A DNA stretch of 64,000 nucleotides from the NCBI GenBank assembly GCA_003507395.1, contig DNVW01000006.1, positions 98,249 to 162,248 of the forward strand, in the 5' to 3' direction. Below the pieces are notes generated by a model that ran no database searches, had not been told where the DNA came from, and saw only the letters and a program-made list of their open reading frames with translations. The position numbers were made by a program, and so were the translations under genes. This document shows positions 47,619 through 56,632 of the stretch, one piece after another; position 1 is the first letter of the stretch, and every line of letters begins with the position of its first letter. This stretch comes from Clostridiales bacterium. Its GTDB lineage: Bacteria; Bacillota; Clostridia; TANB77; CAG-508.

Positions 47619-47704
47619 AAAAAAATTAATTTTCCATTTATTATTTTTATTTCTTTCTAATTCATATATCACATCAACTTTATCACAAACATTTTGCGAA
47701 TGAG

Positions 47705-48055
47705 TTACAATACATAATAATTCCTTGCAAAGTATTGAAAACTGATTGTTCTTATACAATAAGCAGTTGTCAAGTTTTCCTTGACAACTGAATTTTCATT
47801 TAATTCATTTTCATCAAATATATTTTTTATATGTAAACTTATATTTTGCTTTGTTGTATCAAATAGTTCTGCCATTGAGTTTTGAGTAAGCCAAACATTT
47901 TCATCTTCTAATCTTACTTCAATTTCAACTTGTCCATCTTCTGTTGTATAAATTATTAATTTATTATTATTCTCTATTAATTCATTACTCAAACCAAGTT
48001 CATCTCCTTTAAAATAATAACTTGTAATTTGTCTATTTCCTTTTACTAACTCCAA
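47705..48055 (-). pseudogene. Truncated RhuM-family N-terminal fragment
   Basis: ...KLIIYTTEDGQVEIEVRLEDENVWLTQNSMAELFDTTKQNISLHIKNIF... parallels the N-terminus of the full RhuM-Doc protein at 51021..51986 but ends after about 115 aa. It overlaps the upstream gene and has no good start. Confidence 0.5.
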
Positions 48056-49112
48056 GTAATAATTTATTTACTATTGGTATTCTTTTTAAGATTTCTGTAA
48101 CTATTGGTAATATAATTATTGTACCTATAAATAAAATTATATAATTAAACAAGAAATGACTAAATTTAAAATATTCTACTAAAACAAATGCTATAATAAT
48201 TTGTATAGTATAATGTAACACATAAAAACTAAAGTTGTTTTTATTCATATACTTTGTAAATTTATTTTCAAAATCCAAAAATTTCTTTGCAAGTCCAAAT
48301 GCTGAAAGAATTACAAACCATATATAAATATTAGTAAATATGTTAGTTAGAAACTCATTTGAGCCAAAATTAGCACCATAATTTACAATTGTAAATGTAA
48401 TTCCAATAATAAATGTAATAATTCCCATTTGTATTGAAATTTTTTCTAATTTTTCTATAATCTCATCATCTGAAAATATGTAATATCCTAATAAAAACAT
48501 AAGCAAATATATTCCAAATCTATATACAGTTACGACTGGAGTATTTAGTATAAATGATGATCCCCATACTAATAATACCAATGAAAACAATAAAGGTAAA
48601 TTAATTTTACTAAACAAAATATCTAGTTTTTTATTTTTATCAATTTTTCTAACTAAAACAATAAGCAAAGATGCTATAAACAATACATGTGCATACCAAA
48701 GTGGACCAATACCAATTAAAGAGAATATTATGTATTTAATTGGAACTGGAATCATACTTCCATTTCCTGCAAATATATCGCCATAGTAATTTGTTGTCCA
48801 TCCACTTATCCACCCATAAACAAATATTCCTATTAAACTTGGAACTAATATTCTTTTTGCTCTATCTTTTATAAATTCTTTATTTGTTTTGCTTTTTAAC
48901 GAATAATTAGTAGATACTCCTGATACAACAAATAATAAACACATAATCCAGGGGTAGATAAAAACACATATACTATCTAATTCTTTAATGCCTGTTACAC
49001 CTATATTTGAAACTACACCACTTGAATTAAATATATAAAATATATGATATATAATTACAAAACATAATGTAATCCATCTTATATTGTCTAAATAATGCTT
49101 TCTTTTCTCCAT
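48033..49112 (-). CDS. Acyltransferase-3 family membrane protein
   Basis: 359-aa polytopic protein. N-terminal YLDNIRWITLCFVIIYH, typical of the family. Confidence 0.7.
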   Translation of the reverse strand: MEKRKHYLDNIRWITLCFVIIYHIFYIFNSSGVVSNIGVTGIKELDSICVFIYPWIMCLLFVVSGVSTNYSLKSKTNKEFIKDRAKRILVPSLIGIFVYGWISGWTTNYYGDIFAGNGSMIPVPIKYIIFSLIGIGPLWYAHVLFIASLLIVLVRKIDKNKKLDILFSKINLPLLFSLVLLVWGSSFILNTPVVTVYRFGIYLLMFLLGYYIFSDDEIIEKLEKISIQMGIITFIIGITFTIVNYGANFGSNEFLTNIFTNIYIWFVILSAFGLAKKFLDFENKFTKYMNKNNFSFYVLHYTIQIIIAFVLVEYFKFSHFLFNYIILFIGTIIILPIVTEILKRIPIVNKLLLGVSKRK

Positions 49113-49114
49113 TT

Positions 49115-49318
49115 TTACTTATCCCCTTTTTGAAATACTTTATCTGATAAATCTTCTATTATATCAGATTTAATAAGTGCAATTCCTTGCTTTTTATCAC
49201 AAAGTACAATAATAGAATCTCCAGATTTTATATCAAACATATCTCTTGCTTCTTTTGGAATTACTATTTGTCCTTTTTCTCCTACTTTGCTTATTCCTAC
49301 AAACTTATCTCTATCCAT
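49115..49318 (-). CDS. AbrB/MazE/SpoVT-type swapped-hairpin DNA-binding protein
   Basis: KVGEKGQIVIPKEARDMFDIKSGDSIIVL. Its stop lies 2 nt from the downstream acyltransferase start. Confidence 0.75.
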   Translation of the reverse strand: MDRDKFVGISKVGEKGQIVIPKEARDMFDIKSGDSIIVLCDKKQGIALIKSDIIEDLSDKVFQKGDK

Positions 49319-49508
49319 TTTTATCCTCCTTAATTTATACTTGTTATACTTTTCATACTTATTATACTTTGTTGGAATAAAAAAAGCAATAGAATTCTTA
49401 AAATTTCTATCACTTTTTATTTATTACCTCGTTCAGAAAATTACTTATGTTACGAACATCTTGCTAAATGACAAATTACTATTAATCTCACACATTTATT
49501 GTAATTTT

Positions 49509-50117
49509 TTACTTACTTAAAGTCTTTCTTTGCCAACTTTTCTTGTTACATTTTGGACATTTCATATATCGTGTAGTTCCAGAATGCATTGCAAAATATA
49601 CTTGGCTATATTTTGGTACATATTTATAATGACATTTTTGACATTCATAATAACCTGTTTCTGTTTCTATTTTTAATGCAAATGAAACACCTATTATTAA
49701 AAGAATAAATGCTAATATAAATAATACTATTTTCGCTATATTATTCTCTACTAAAAATGATGTAACAAAAATTAGTATTAAGAAAGATATTGCCGAACTA
49801 AATCCAATCACATTTTCATACATCATTAATTTTTTATTTTGCATTTCTTCCTTTTGTGCCATTTCTAATAATGTTTTTTCTGCAACTTCATTATAATTAT
49901 TCATTTCAATCAACTCCCCACATAATAATTCATTTACACTTATTTTAAGTTCATTACATAAATCAAGCATTATTGATGAATCAGGCATTCCTTTTCCGTT
50001 TTCCCATTTAGATATAGCTCTATCTGTAATGTTTAATTTCTCTGCAAGTTGCATTTGAGTTAAATTATTCTTTTTTCTACATTCAGCTATAAATTTTCCA
50101 ATTTTAATCTGATCCAT
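49509..50117 (-). CDS. XRE-family HTH regulator fused to TM segments and a C-terminal zinc ribbon
   Basis: The start MDQIKIGKFIAECRKKNNLTQMQLAEKL follows GGAGG. Two hydrophobic helices, then CQKC...CPKC. Confidence 0.8.
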   Translation of the reverse strand: MDQIKIGKFIAECRKKNNLTQMQLAEKLNITDRAISKWENGKGMPDSSIMLDLCNELKISVNELLCGELIEMNNYNEVAEKTLLEMAQKEEMQNKKLMMYENVIGFSSAISFLILIFVTSFLVENNIAKIVLFILAFILLIIGVSFALKIETETGYYECQKCHYKYVPKYSQVYFAMHSGTTRYMKCPKCNKKSWQRKTLSK

Positions 50118-50254
50118 ATCATTTACCTCCTTCAAATTAAGTGTAAATTATTATCTAAAAAAAGTACACATACTAATCGTTGAGTATAGGGATTTTTCTT
50201 TATCAACGATTAGTTGAATTGTTATAATTTGTGCGATAAATTACTATTTTTGTT

Positions 50255-50665
50255 TTATTTTTTTAAATCTTTTGAATAACAATACATATCTATACAATGT
50301 AAATCACCATCCCATATTTCTTCATCATAATTTTCAACAAAGAAATTTTTTATTGTCTTTTCATATTTATCAAATCCTTGCTTAACATAGAATGGAATAT
50401 TGTTCTCTGTTGTTCCAACTAACATCTTTTTATATTTTTGTTTATAATTATCAGCTAAATATTTTAGCATTTTCTTTCCATAACCATTTCCTCTAAATTC
50501 TTTTTTGGTTGCTATATTTTTTAACTCTGCTGTATCTTCATCTATTTTTGTGACTACTGCAATACATGCTACATCATCTTTATATGTTAATACAAATAAT
50601 TCTCCATTTTTTAAATAATTATTTATCATATCTTTACTTGGATCTGCTTCAAGTAATAAATCCAT
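50255..50665 (-). CDS. GNAT acetyltransferase, paralogue of the C-terminal domain of the QueH-GNAT fusion (possibly 5-prime truncated)
   Basis: About two-thirds identical by eye to the fusion C-terminus, including the identical 27-aa block MLVGTTENNIPFYVKQGFDKYEKTIKN. The frame stays open 67 codons upstream without ATG, GTG or TTG. Confidence 0.7.
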   Translation of the reverse strand: MDLLLEADPSKDMINNYLKNGELFVLTYKDDVACIAVVTKIDEDTAELKNIATKKEFRGNGYGKKMLKYLADNYKQKYKKMLVGTTENNIPFYVKQGFDKYEKTIKNFFVENYDEEIWDGDLHCIDMYCYSKDLKK

Positions 50666-51020
50666 GTATTGTTCATTGTTATCTTTTTCTTTTTTTATAT
50701 TTATACTTCTTTTTACAGGAAGAAATTCAAATCCATCTGGTAATTTAGGTTTGTTATTTGTGTGGGCTAAAAATATTTGTGCCTCTGGACTCTTCCTATT
50801 TAACTTTTGAAATTTGTGTACCCTGACATTACTCCTTAAAATAGTTGATATAACAACTTTTGGAGTCTATTTCAAGTCGCCAAAGCCACAGATTTTAGCC
50901 TATTTTCAAAATTCATCTTTTCCTTTATATTTAAAGGTTTGTCCGTTTTTGTGGCTATAATATATAACCTCCCTAAAACTAATCGACATTATATTAATAA
51001 TAAATTCATTTCAAATTATA

Positions 51021-51986
51021 TTACTCATTATTTAAAAAATTCATCACCAAATCTATAATAACTTCTTTTTCTTTTGGATTTGATTCTGCTATTAATAGTG
51101 TTAATGCTGTTAAAGTGTTATTATCAATCGTTTGCTCTCCATCTTTGTATAAAATACCATAAAAATTTAAAAAGTATATAAATAGTGTTGCTGCAATTCT
51201 CTTGTTACCATCTGTAAACACATGATTTTTTACTATTAAATATAAAAAATTTGCCCCTTTTTCTTCTATGCTTTTATAAATATCTTGTCCATCAAAACTT
51301 TGATAAATATTTCTTATAATTGACTCTAATCCTTTATCTCTTTCTACTGCAAATAATGAACTTTCTTCATTAAATCTTAACTTATTTATTACTTCTATAC
51401 ATTCTTTGTATTCAATTTTTCTTTCATCTATATTTCCATCTATTTTCTTTAATGTTTTATGGTCATAGTCATCTAACAAATCAAGTGCTCTTGAGTAATC
51501 TCCAATTACTTTTAATATTTCTTTTGCATCATTTCCTTCTAATTTTTCATCAATACGATTAGCAATATCTATTAATTTTATTGTTTTTTCTAAATATTCT
51601 AATCTTCTTTGATTTACTGCATAACCTTTAATTAAATATTCTTTCAAAATTTTATTTGCCCATTTTCTAAATATGACACCATTATTACTTTTAACTCTAT
51701 AACCAACACTAATAATCATATCAAGATTATAATATTCTACCATATGAGTTTGTGTTTTGCCTTGAATTGCACCGTGTTCAGTGGTATTCTCAAATTTTGC
51801 GACAACCACTTCATTTTTTAATTCTTCTTTAAGTGCATTATTAATATGTTTTCTAATTGTCTTGTAATCCCTACCAAATAATTGTGCCATTTGTTCAGAA
51901 TTAAGCCATACTGTTTCATCTTTTAAATTTACTTCTAATTTCACTCCTTGATTTTCAAATAAAATAATTTCATTTCCTTTTTTCAA
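51021..51986 (-). CDS. RhuM-family N-terminal domain fused to a Fic/Doc domain
   Basis: RhuM-like N-terminus (...VWLNSEQMAQLFGRDYKTIRKHI...VGYRVKS). Doc-type active-site motif HVFTDGNKRIA near the C-terminus. Confidence 0.8.
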   Translation of the reverse strand: MKKGNEIILFENQGVKLEVNLKDETVWLNSEQMAQLFGRDYKTIRKHINNALKEELKNEVVVAKFENTTEHGAIQGKTQTHMVEYYNLDMIISVGYRVKSNNGVIFRKWANKILKEYLIKGYAVNQRRLEYLEKTIKLIDIANRIDEKLEGNDAKEILKVIGDYSRALDLLDDYDHKTLKKIDGNIDERKIEYKECIEVINKLRFNEESSLFAVERDKGLESIIRNIYQSFDGQDIYKSIEEKGANFLYLIVKNHVFTDGNKRIAATLFIYFLNFYGILYKDGEQTIDNNTLTALTLLIAESNPKEKEVIIDLVMNFLNNE

Positions 51987-52156
51987 ACTATCACCTCCCT
52001 ATTTTAAATATAGATTTCTGTATTTTATTATAAATTTTCTTTAATTATCGCCTAATTTCTTTTTATCCTTAATATTGTTTTTTGTTATAAAACTAACTTC
52101 ACTTTTTTATTTTATACATTATTAAATTCATACCATTCTCTATAATTTGTAAGTTG

Positions 52157-52854
52157 TTATACTCCTATACCTTTTTCTTTTTGTTGGTTCTTTAATCTTC
52201 TCCAATTGTAACTTCCATATATGTCATTTATTAATAACAATATAGGACCTACTAAAACCGATATTAATTCTATTTGACCACTTATAATAGGAATTAACCA
52301 TAATGTTATTATCACTAGATCATTTGCAATATAGCAAAATAGTGATAATTCACTTCTTCTTGCCTCAAAATAACTAGCTAGGACACTTGTTACAACTGAC
52401 ATTGTACTTATTACTAATAAATCTGTATTAAATGCTTTTAATATGAAGTAATAAATCCAAAATAACACTAATTGAGAAAGTAATGCTATAGTTATTTCTT
52501 TTTTTGATAGAGAACTTATAATAACTGTATCTTCTTCTTTATCTTGATGTCTTAACCAAGATATAATACCTATTATCATTATAGGAAATGTTAAAAATGC
52601 TGTAATAATTAATTCCCCATAATAGCCTTGATTATATGATACTATTCCATAAAAAAACACACTAACAACCCTACAAAATAGCATTCTACTTTTCCTTTTG
52701 ACATTAATAATGCTGTAATTAAATAAAGTGATGTATATAATGTATCAATTACAGTCCCATTAAAAATAATAGATGATATTATTGATGTTAATAATCCACA
52801 TATTAAAAATGACTTTTCAAACTTATTCCAATCTTCAAAATATTTCTTTATCAT
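52157..52854 (-). pseudogene. pnuC: Nicotinamide riboside transporter PnuC-like, frameshifted
   Basis: ORFs 52642..52854 and 52157..52684 overlap in different frames. ...MSKGKVECYFVGLL joins to SVFFYGIVSYNQGYYGE... with a 1-nt shift around 52660-52672. Confidence 0.55.
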
Positions 52855-52889
52855 ATAAAATACCTCACCTACAACTTACTATTTTATGA

Positions 52890-53930
52890 CTAGCTTTTAT
52901 TTTTCTTTAAATCTTTTGAATAATAATACATATCTGTACATACTAAATCTCCATCTATGATTTCTTCATCATAATTATCTATAAAATAATTTTTAATTGT
53001 TTTCTCATATTTATCAAATCCCTGCTTAACATAGAAAGGAATATTATTCTCTGTTGTTCCTACCAACATTCTATCATATTTCTGTTTATAATTACCACAT
53101 AATGATTTTAAAAGTGTTTTTGCATAACCTTTATTTCTGTAATTTTCTTTTGTAACTATGTTCTTTAACTCTAATGTTTTTCTAGAAATAGGCAAAATTA
53201 CTGCAATAGAAATTAGCTCATCTTCTTTTTTTAATGCATATACATCTGAATCGTTCAAATACTTATGTATCATATCTTTTGAAGGATCTGCCTCTAAAAG
53301 TAAATCTATATAATCTTCTTTATTTTCTATTTTTTTAACCTGCATTCTAGGCTCTTTCGGTATCTCATAACCATTGGTAGCCCTCGCTTGTATAGGATTG
53401 CGGTTATAATATCTCATCTCCTCTGAAAAGACACATCCACAATATTTTTGCATGTATAATCCTAATTCTCTTGCTTTTGTTTGTCCCTCTCTAAAGCCTG
53501 GTCTAAAGTCTCTATAAAGAAAAGTTAAGCCATATTTTTTTGCAATTTCTTCACCTAAAGCTTTTAATTCTTCATGTTTTTGATATGGGCTTACCAATAA
53601 TGTTGTTGTAAAAGTATCATAGCCTTTTTCTTTTGCATATTTTGCTGTTTGTTCTAATCTAACTTTATAGCAATAATTACTACATCTATTTTTTAAATCT
53701 CCTATAACATTTTCACAAAACTTGTCTAAGCCATATTCTTCTTCGAATATGGCTTCTATTTCTATGCTTTTTGTATATTCTTTTAAACAATCTCTTCGTG
53801 CTTTATATTCCATATATGGATGTATGTTTGGATTAAACCAATATATAGTTGGTTCTATTCCTTCTTCTCTTAAGCTGTCTATACAATATACGCTACATGG
53901 TGCACAACATGTATGCATTAATAATTTCAT
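52890..53930 (-). CDS. queH: Epoxyqueuosine reductase QueH (DUF208) fused to a C-terminal GNAT acetyltransferase domain
   Basis: N-terminal LLMHTCCAPCS...WFNPNIHP...YCGCVFSEE. C-terminal roughly 140 aa form a GNAT domain that retains an internal MQVKKIENKEDY start-like sequence. Confidence 0.8.
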   Translation of the reverse strand: MKLLMHTCCAPCSVYCIDSLREEGIEPTIYWFNPNIHPYMEYKARRDCLKEYTKSIEIEAIFEEEYGLDKFCENVIGDLKNRCSNYCYKVRLEQTAKYAKEKGYDTFTTTLLVSPYQKHEELKALGEEIAKKYGLTFLYRDFRPGFREGQTKARELGLYMQKYCGCVFSEEMRYYNRNPIQARATNGYEIPKEPRMQVKKIENKEDYIDLLLEADPSKDMIHKYLNDSDVYALKKEDELISIAVILPISRKTLELKNIVTKENYRNKGYAKTLLKSLCGNYKQKYDRMLVGTTENNIPFYVKQGFDKYEKTIKNYFIDNYDEEIIDGDLVCTDMYYYSKDLKKNKS

Positions 53931-53946
53931 ATTTTTTACCTCTAAA

Positions 53947-54879
53947 CTACTCTATATTGATTTTTTTATCTATAATGTATTGTGGTCTGTTTTTGCTTTC
54001 ATCATATATTCTTCCTATATATTCTGAAATAACCCATATTGCTGTTAATTGGATTCCTGCTAATAATGTAATTGTAACCATTATTGATGTCCAGCCTTTT
54101 ATGATTGGTAATTTTGCCACATATGCCACTATTCCATATATTAATAATAATATTGATATTAATATTAGAGTAACTCCCAAACCACCAAAAATCTTAAATG
54201 GTTTTGTTGAAAAACCTACTATACCATCTGAAGCAAGTTTTAGCATTTTCTTTAGAGTATATTTCGTTTTTCCTGCATATCTTTCTTTTCTTTCATACTC
54301 TAATGGAACTTGTTTAAATCCTACCCAACTAAATAATCCTCTTAAAAATTTGTTGTGTTCTGGTAATGAGTTTATTACATCTATAACTTTTCTATCTGCT
54401 AAGCGAAAATCGCCTGTATCTTTTGGTATGTCCACCTCTGATAATCCATTTAATATTTTATAAAACATTTTTGCTGTAAAAAGCTTAAATACTGTTTCTC
54501 CATTCCTCTTCTTTCTTTTAGCATATATTACTTCATTTCCCTGTTCCCATAGATTAATCATTTCTAATATAACCTCTGGTGGATCCTGCATGTCTGCATC
54601 CATTATTACAACAGCATCTCCTGTTGTTTCTTTAAGTCCTGCTGTTACAGCTGCTTGATGTCCAAAATTTCTAGAAAAAGAAATTACTTTTACTTTTGAA
54701 TTTTCTTTTGCTATTCCTTCCAATATTTCTAAAGTTTTATCTTTACTTCCATCATTTACAAATACAATTTCATAATCGTATCCAATTAAACTATTTAGAA
54801 CTTCTACTGTTCTATTGTAACATTCATTTGCTACTTTTTCTTCAAAATACATTGGTATTACTACAGATATTTTACTCAT
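53947..54879 (-). CDS. GT2 polyprenyl-phosphate glycosyltransferase (GtrB/CsbB-like), paralogue of 39002..39937
   Basis: About 70 percent identical by eye to the other copy. DADMQDPPE motif. The start overlaps the ruvB stop by 8 nt. Confidence 0.8.
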   Translation of the reverse strand: MSKISVVIPMYFEEKVANECYNRTVEVLNSLIGYDYEIVFVNDGSKDKTLEILEGIAKENSKVKVISFSRNFGHQAAVTAGLKETTGDAVVIMDADMQDPPEVILEMINLWEQGNEVIYAKRKKRNGETVFKLFTAKMFYKILNGLSEVDIPKDTGDFRLADRKVIDVINSLPEHNKFLRGLFSWVGFKQVPLEYERKERYAGKTKYTLKKMLKLASDGIVGFSTKPFKIFGGLGVTLILISILLLIYGIVAYVAKLPIIKGWTSIMVTITLLAGIQLTAIWVISEYIGRIYDESKNRPQYIIDKKINIE

Positions 54880-55876
54880 TATACTTCACTCCTATATGTT
54901 TATATGCTGGCTCAAGTGGTATTCTACCTCTTGGTGTTCTTGTTATAAATCCTATTTGTATTAGATATGGTTCATACACATCTTCTATCGTATCAGCTTC
55001 TTCTCCTACTGTAACAGCCATTGTCTCTAATCCTACTGGCCTTCCACCATATTTTATAATCATTGCTTCTAGTAGCTTCCTATCTATATCATCTAAACCA
55101 TATTCGTCTATTTCTAATTTATTTAAAGCTGTTTTCGTTATTTTTAGTGTTATATTTCCATCTCCTAAAACAGCTGCATAATCTCTAACTCTCTTTAATA
55201 GTCTATTAGCAATTCTTGGAGTTCCTCTAGAACGTCTAGCTATTTCCATTGCAGATTCATCATCTATATTTACATTTAATATCTTTGCTGACCTTTTTAC
55301 TATTGTCGTTAAATCTTTAGTATTATACAATTCTAGTCTATGTACAATTCCAAATCTATCACGAAGAGGTGTTGTTAATGAACCTGCTTTTGTTGTTGCC
55401 CCTATCAATGTAAATTTAGGTAAATCCAATCTAATAGACCTTGCACTCGGACCTTTTCCAATAATTATATCTAATGTATAATCTTCTAATGCAGGATATA
55501 GAATTTCTTCTACACTTTTATTTAACCTATGTATTTCGTCAATAAATAACACATCAAATTCAGATAAATTTGTAAGTAATGCTGCTAAATCTCCTGGTTT
55601 TTCTATTGCTGGTCCTGATGTTATTTTTATGTTAGATTTCATTTCATTGGAGATAATGTTCGCTAGAGTTGTTTTACCTAAGCCTGGAGGTCCATATAGT
55701 AAAACATGGTCTAAAGGCTCCCCTCTTTTTTGAGCAGCCTCTATATATACCTTCATATTTTCTTTTACTTTATCTTGTCCTATATATTCATCTAAGACTT
55801 TAGGTCTCAATGAATTTTCCATTTTTTCTTCATTAATATCTTCTAATTCGGGACTAATTATTCTGTCTTCCTCCAT
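54872..55876 (-). CDS. ruvB: Holliday junction branch-migration helicase RuvB
   Basis: [12 protein letters not shown]..., Walker [10 protein letters not shown], Walker B FIDEIHRL. Confidence 0.95.
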   Translation of the reverse strand: MEEDRIISPELEDINEEKMENSLRPKVLDEYIGQDKVKENMKVYIEAAQKRGEPLDHVLLYGPPGLGKTTLANIISNEMKSNIKITSGPAIEKPGDLAALLTNLSEFDVLFIDEIHRLNKSVEEILYPALEDYTLDIIIGKGPSARSIRLDLPKFTLIGATTKAGSLTTPLRDRFGIVHRLELYNTKDLTTIVKRSAKILNVNIDDESAMEIARRSRGTPRIANRLLKRVRDYAAVLGDGNITLKITKTALNKLEIDEYGLDDIDRKLLEAMIIKYGGRPVGLETMAVTVGEEADTIEDVYEPYLIQIGFITRTPRGRIPLEPAYKHIGVKYNE

Positions 55877-55891
55877 GAAATCACCTTTTTC

Positions 55892-56587
55892 TTAGTTAAT
55901 TATTTCTATATTGTAGCTATTAGTAAATAATCCACTTTCAATGACACCTGTAATATCTTTTATATCTTTTTCTAATGTTTCATATATTTCTGTAAATCTA
56001 ACATCTAATATTAGATTATTATTTTCTGTAATTACAGGGCCATCTTTTTTTAGGGCTTGCCTTAATTTTATTTCTATTGCACCTAGTTCTATTAATTTTT
56101 CTTTTACACTATTAAGTGCTAGTGGATAACATTCAACTGGTATAGGAAAATTTGTGTCTAATTCTTTTACCATTTTACTTTTATCTACCAATATATATGT
56201 TATTTTTGAGTTTGCAATATTTAATTTTTCTTTAAACATTGCTGCTCCTCTCCCTTTTATTAGCCAATTATTTGCATCCACTTCATCAGCCCCATCAAAG
56301 CACCAATCTGGTTTATGTTCCATTATCGTAGTGGTTGGTATTTCTAGCTCTGTACACAACATTTTAATCTCATATGATGTTGGTATTGCTAAAATTTTAA
56401 TTTTTTCTTCTTTTATTTTTTTTCCTATTTCTTTTACAGCTAAATATGATGTTGAACCAGATCCAAAGCCTATAACTTCTCCATCTTTAACTTTTTGAGC
56501 TATTCTTTGTGCTATTTTTTTCTTTTCATCTTCGTTTGAAATATTTTCAAATTTCACTTGTTCTAGTATTTCTTTACACCATTCCAT
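55892..56587 (-). CDS. rpiA: Ribose-5-phosphate isomerase A
   Basis: GFGSGSTS, DGADEVD and KGRGAAMFKEK motifs. Confidence 0.8.
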   Translation of the reverse strand: MEWCKEILEQVKFENISNEDEKKKIAQRIAQKVKDGEVIGFGSGSTSYLAVKEIGKKIKEEKIKILAIPTSYEIKMLCTELEIPTTTIMEHKPDWCFDGADEVDANNWLIKGRGAAMFKEKLNIANSKITYILVDKSKMVKELDTNFPIPVECYPLALNSVKEKLIELGAIEIKLRQALKKDGPVITENNNLILDVRFTEIYETLEKDIKDITGVIESGLFTNSYNIEIIN

Positions 56588-56632
56588 ACATACCTCTTAT
56601 TCTTGAGAGTATATAAGCTCCCATATAATTAT

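Noticed and set aside
50870-50960. Possible third copy of the GTCCGTCCTTTTGTTCAC-type repeat (GGTTTGTCCGTTTTTGTGGCT, with AGCCACAGA about 50 nt upstream).
   Set aside because: Only about 12 nt are shared, with gaps, and the stem is short and interrupted. This is not enough to claim membership of the same repeat family.
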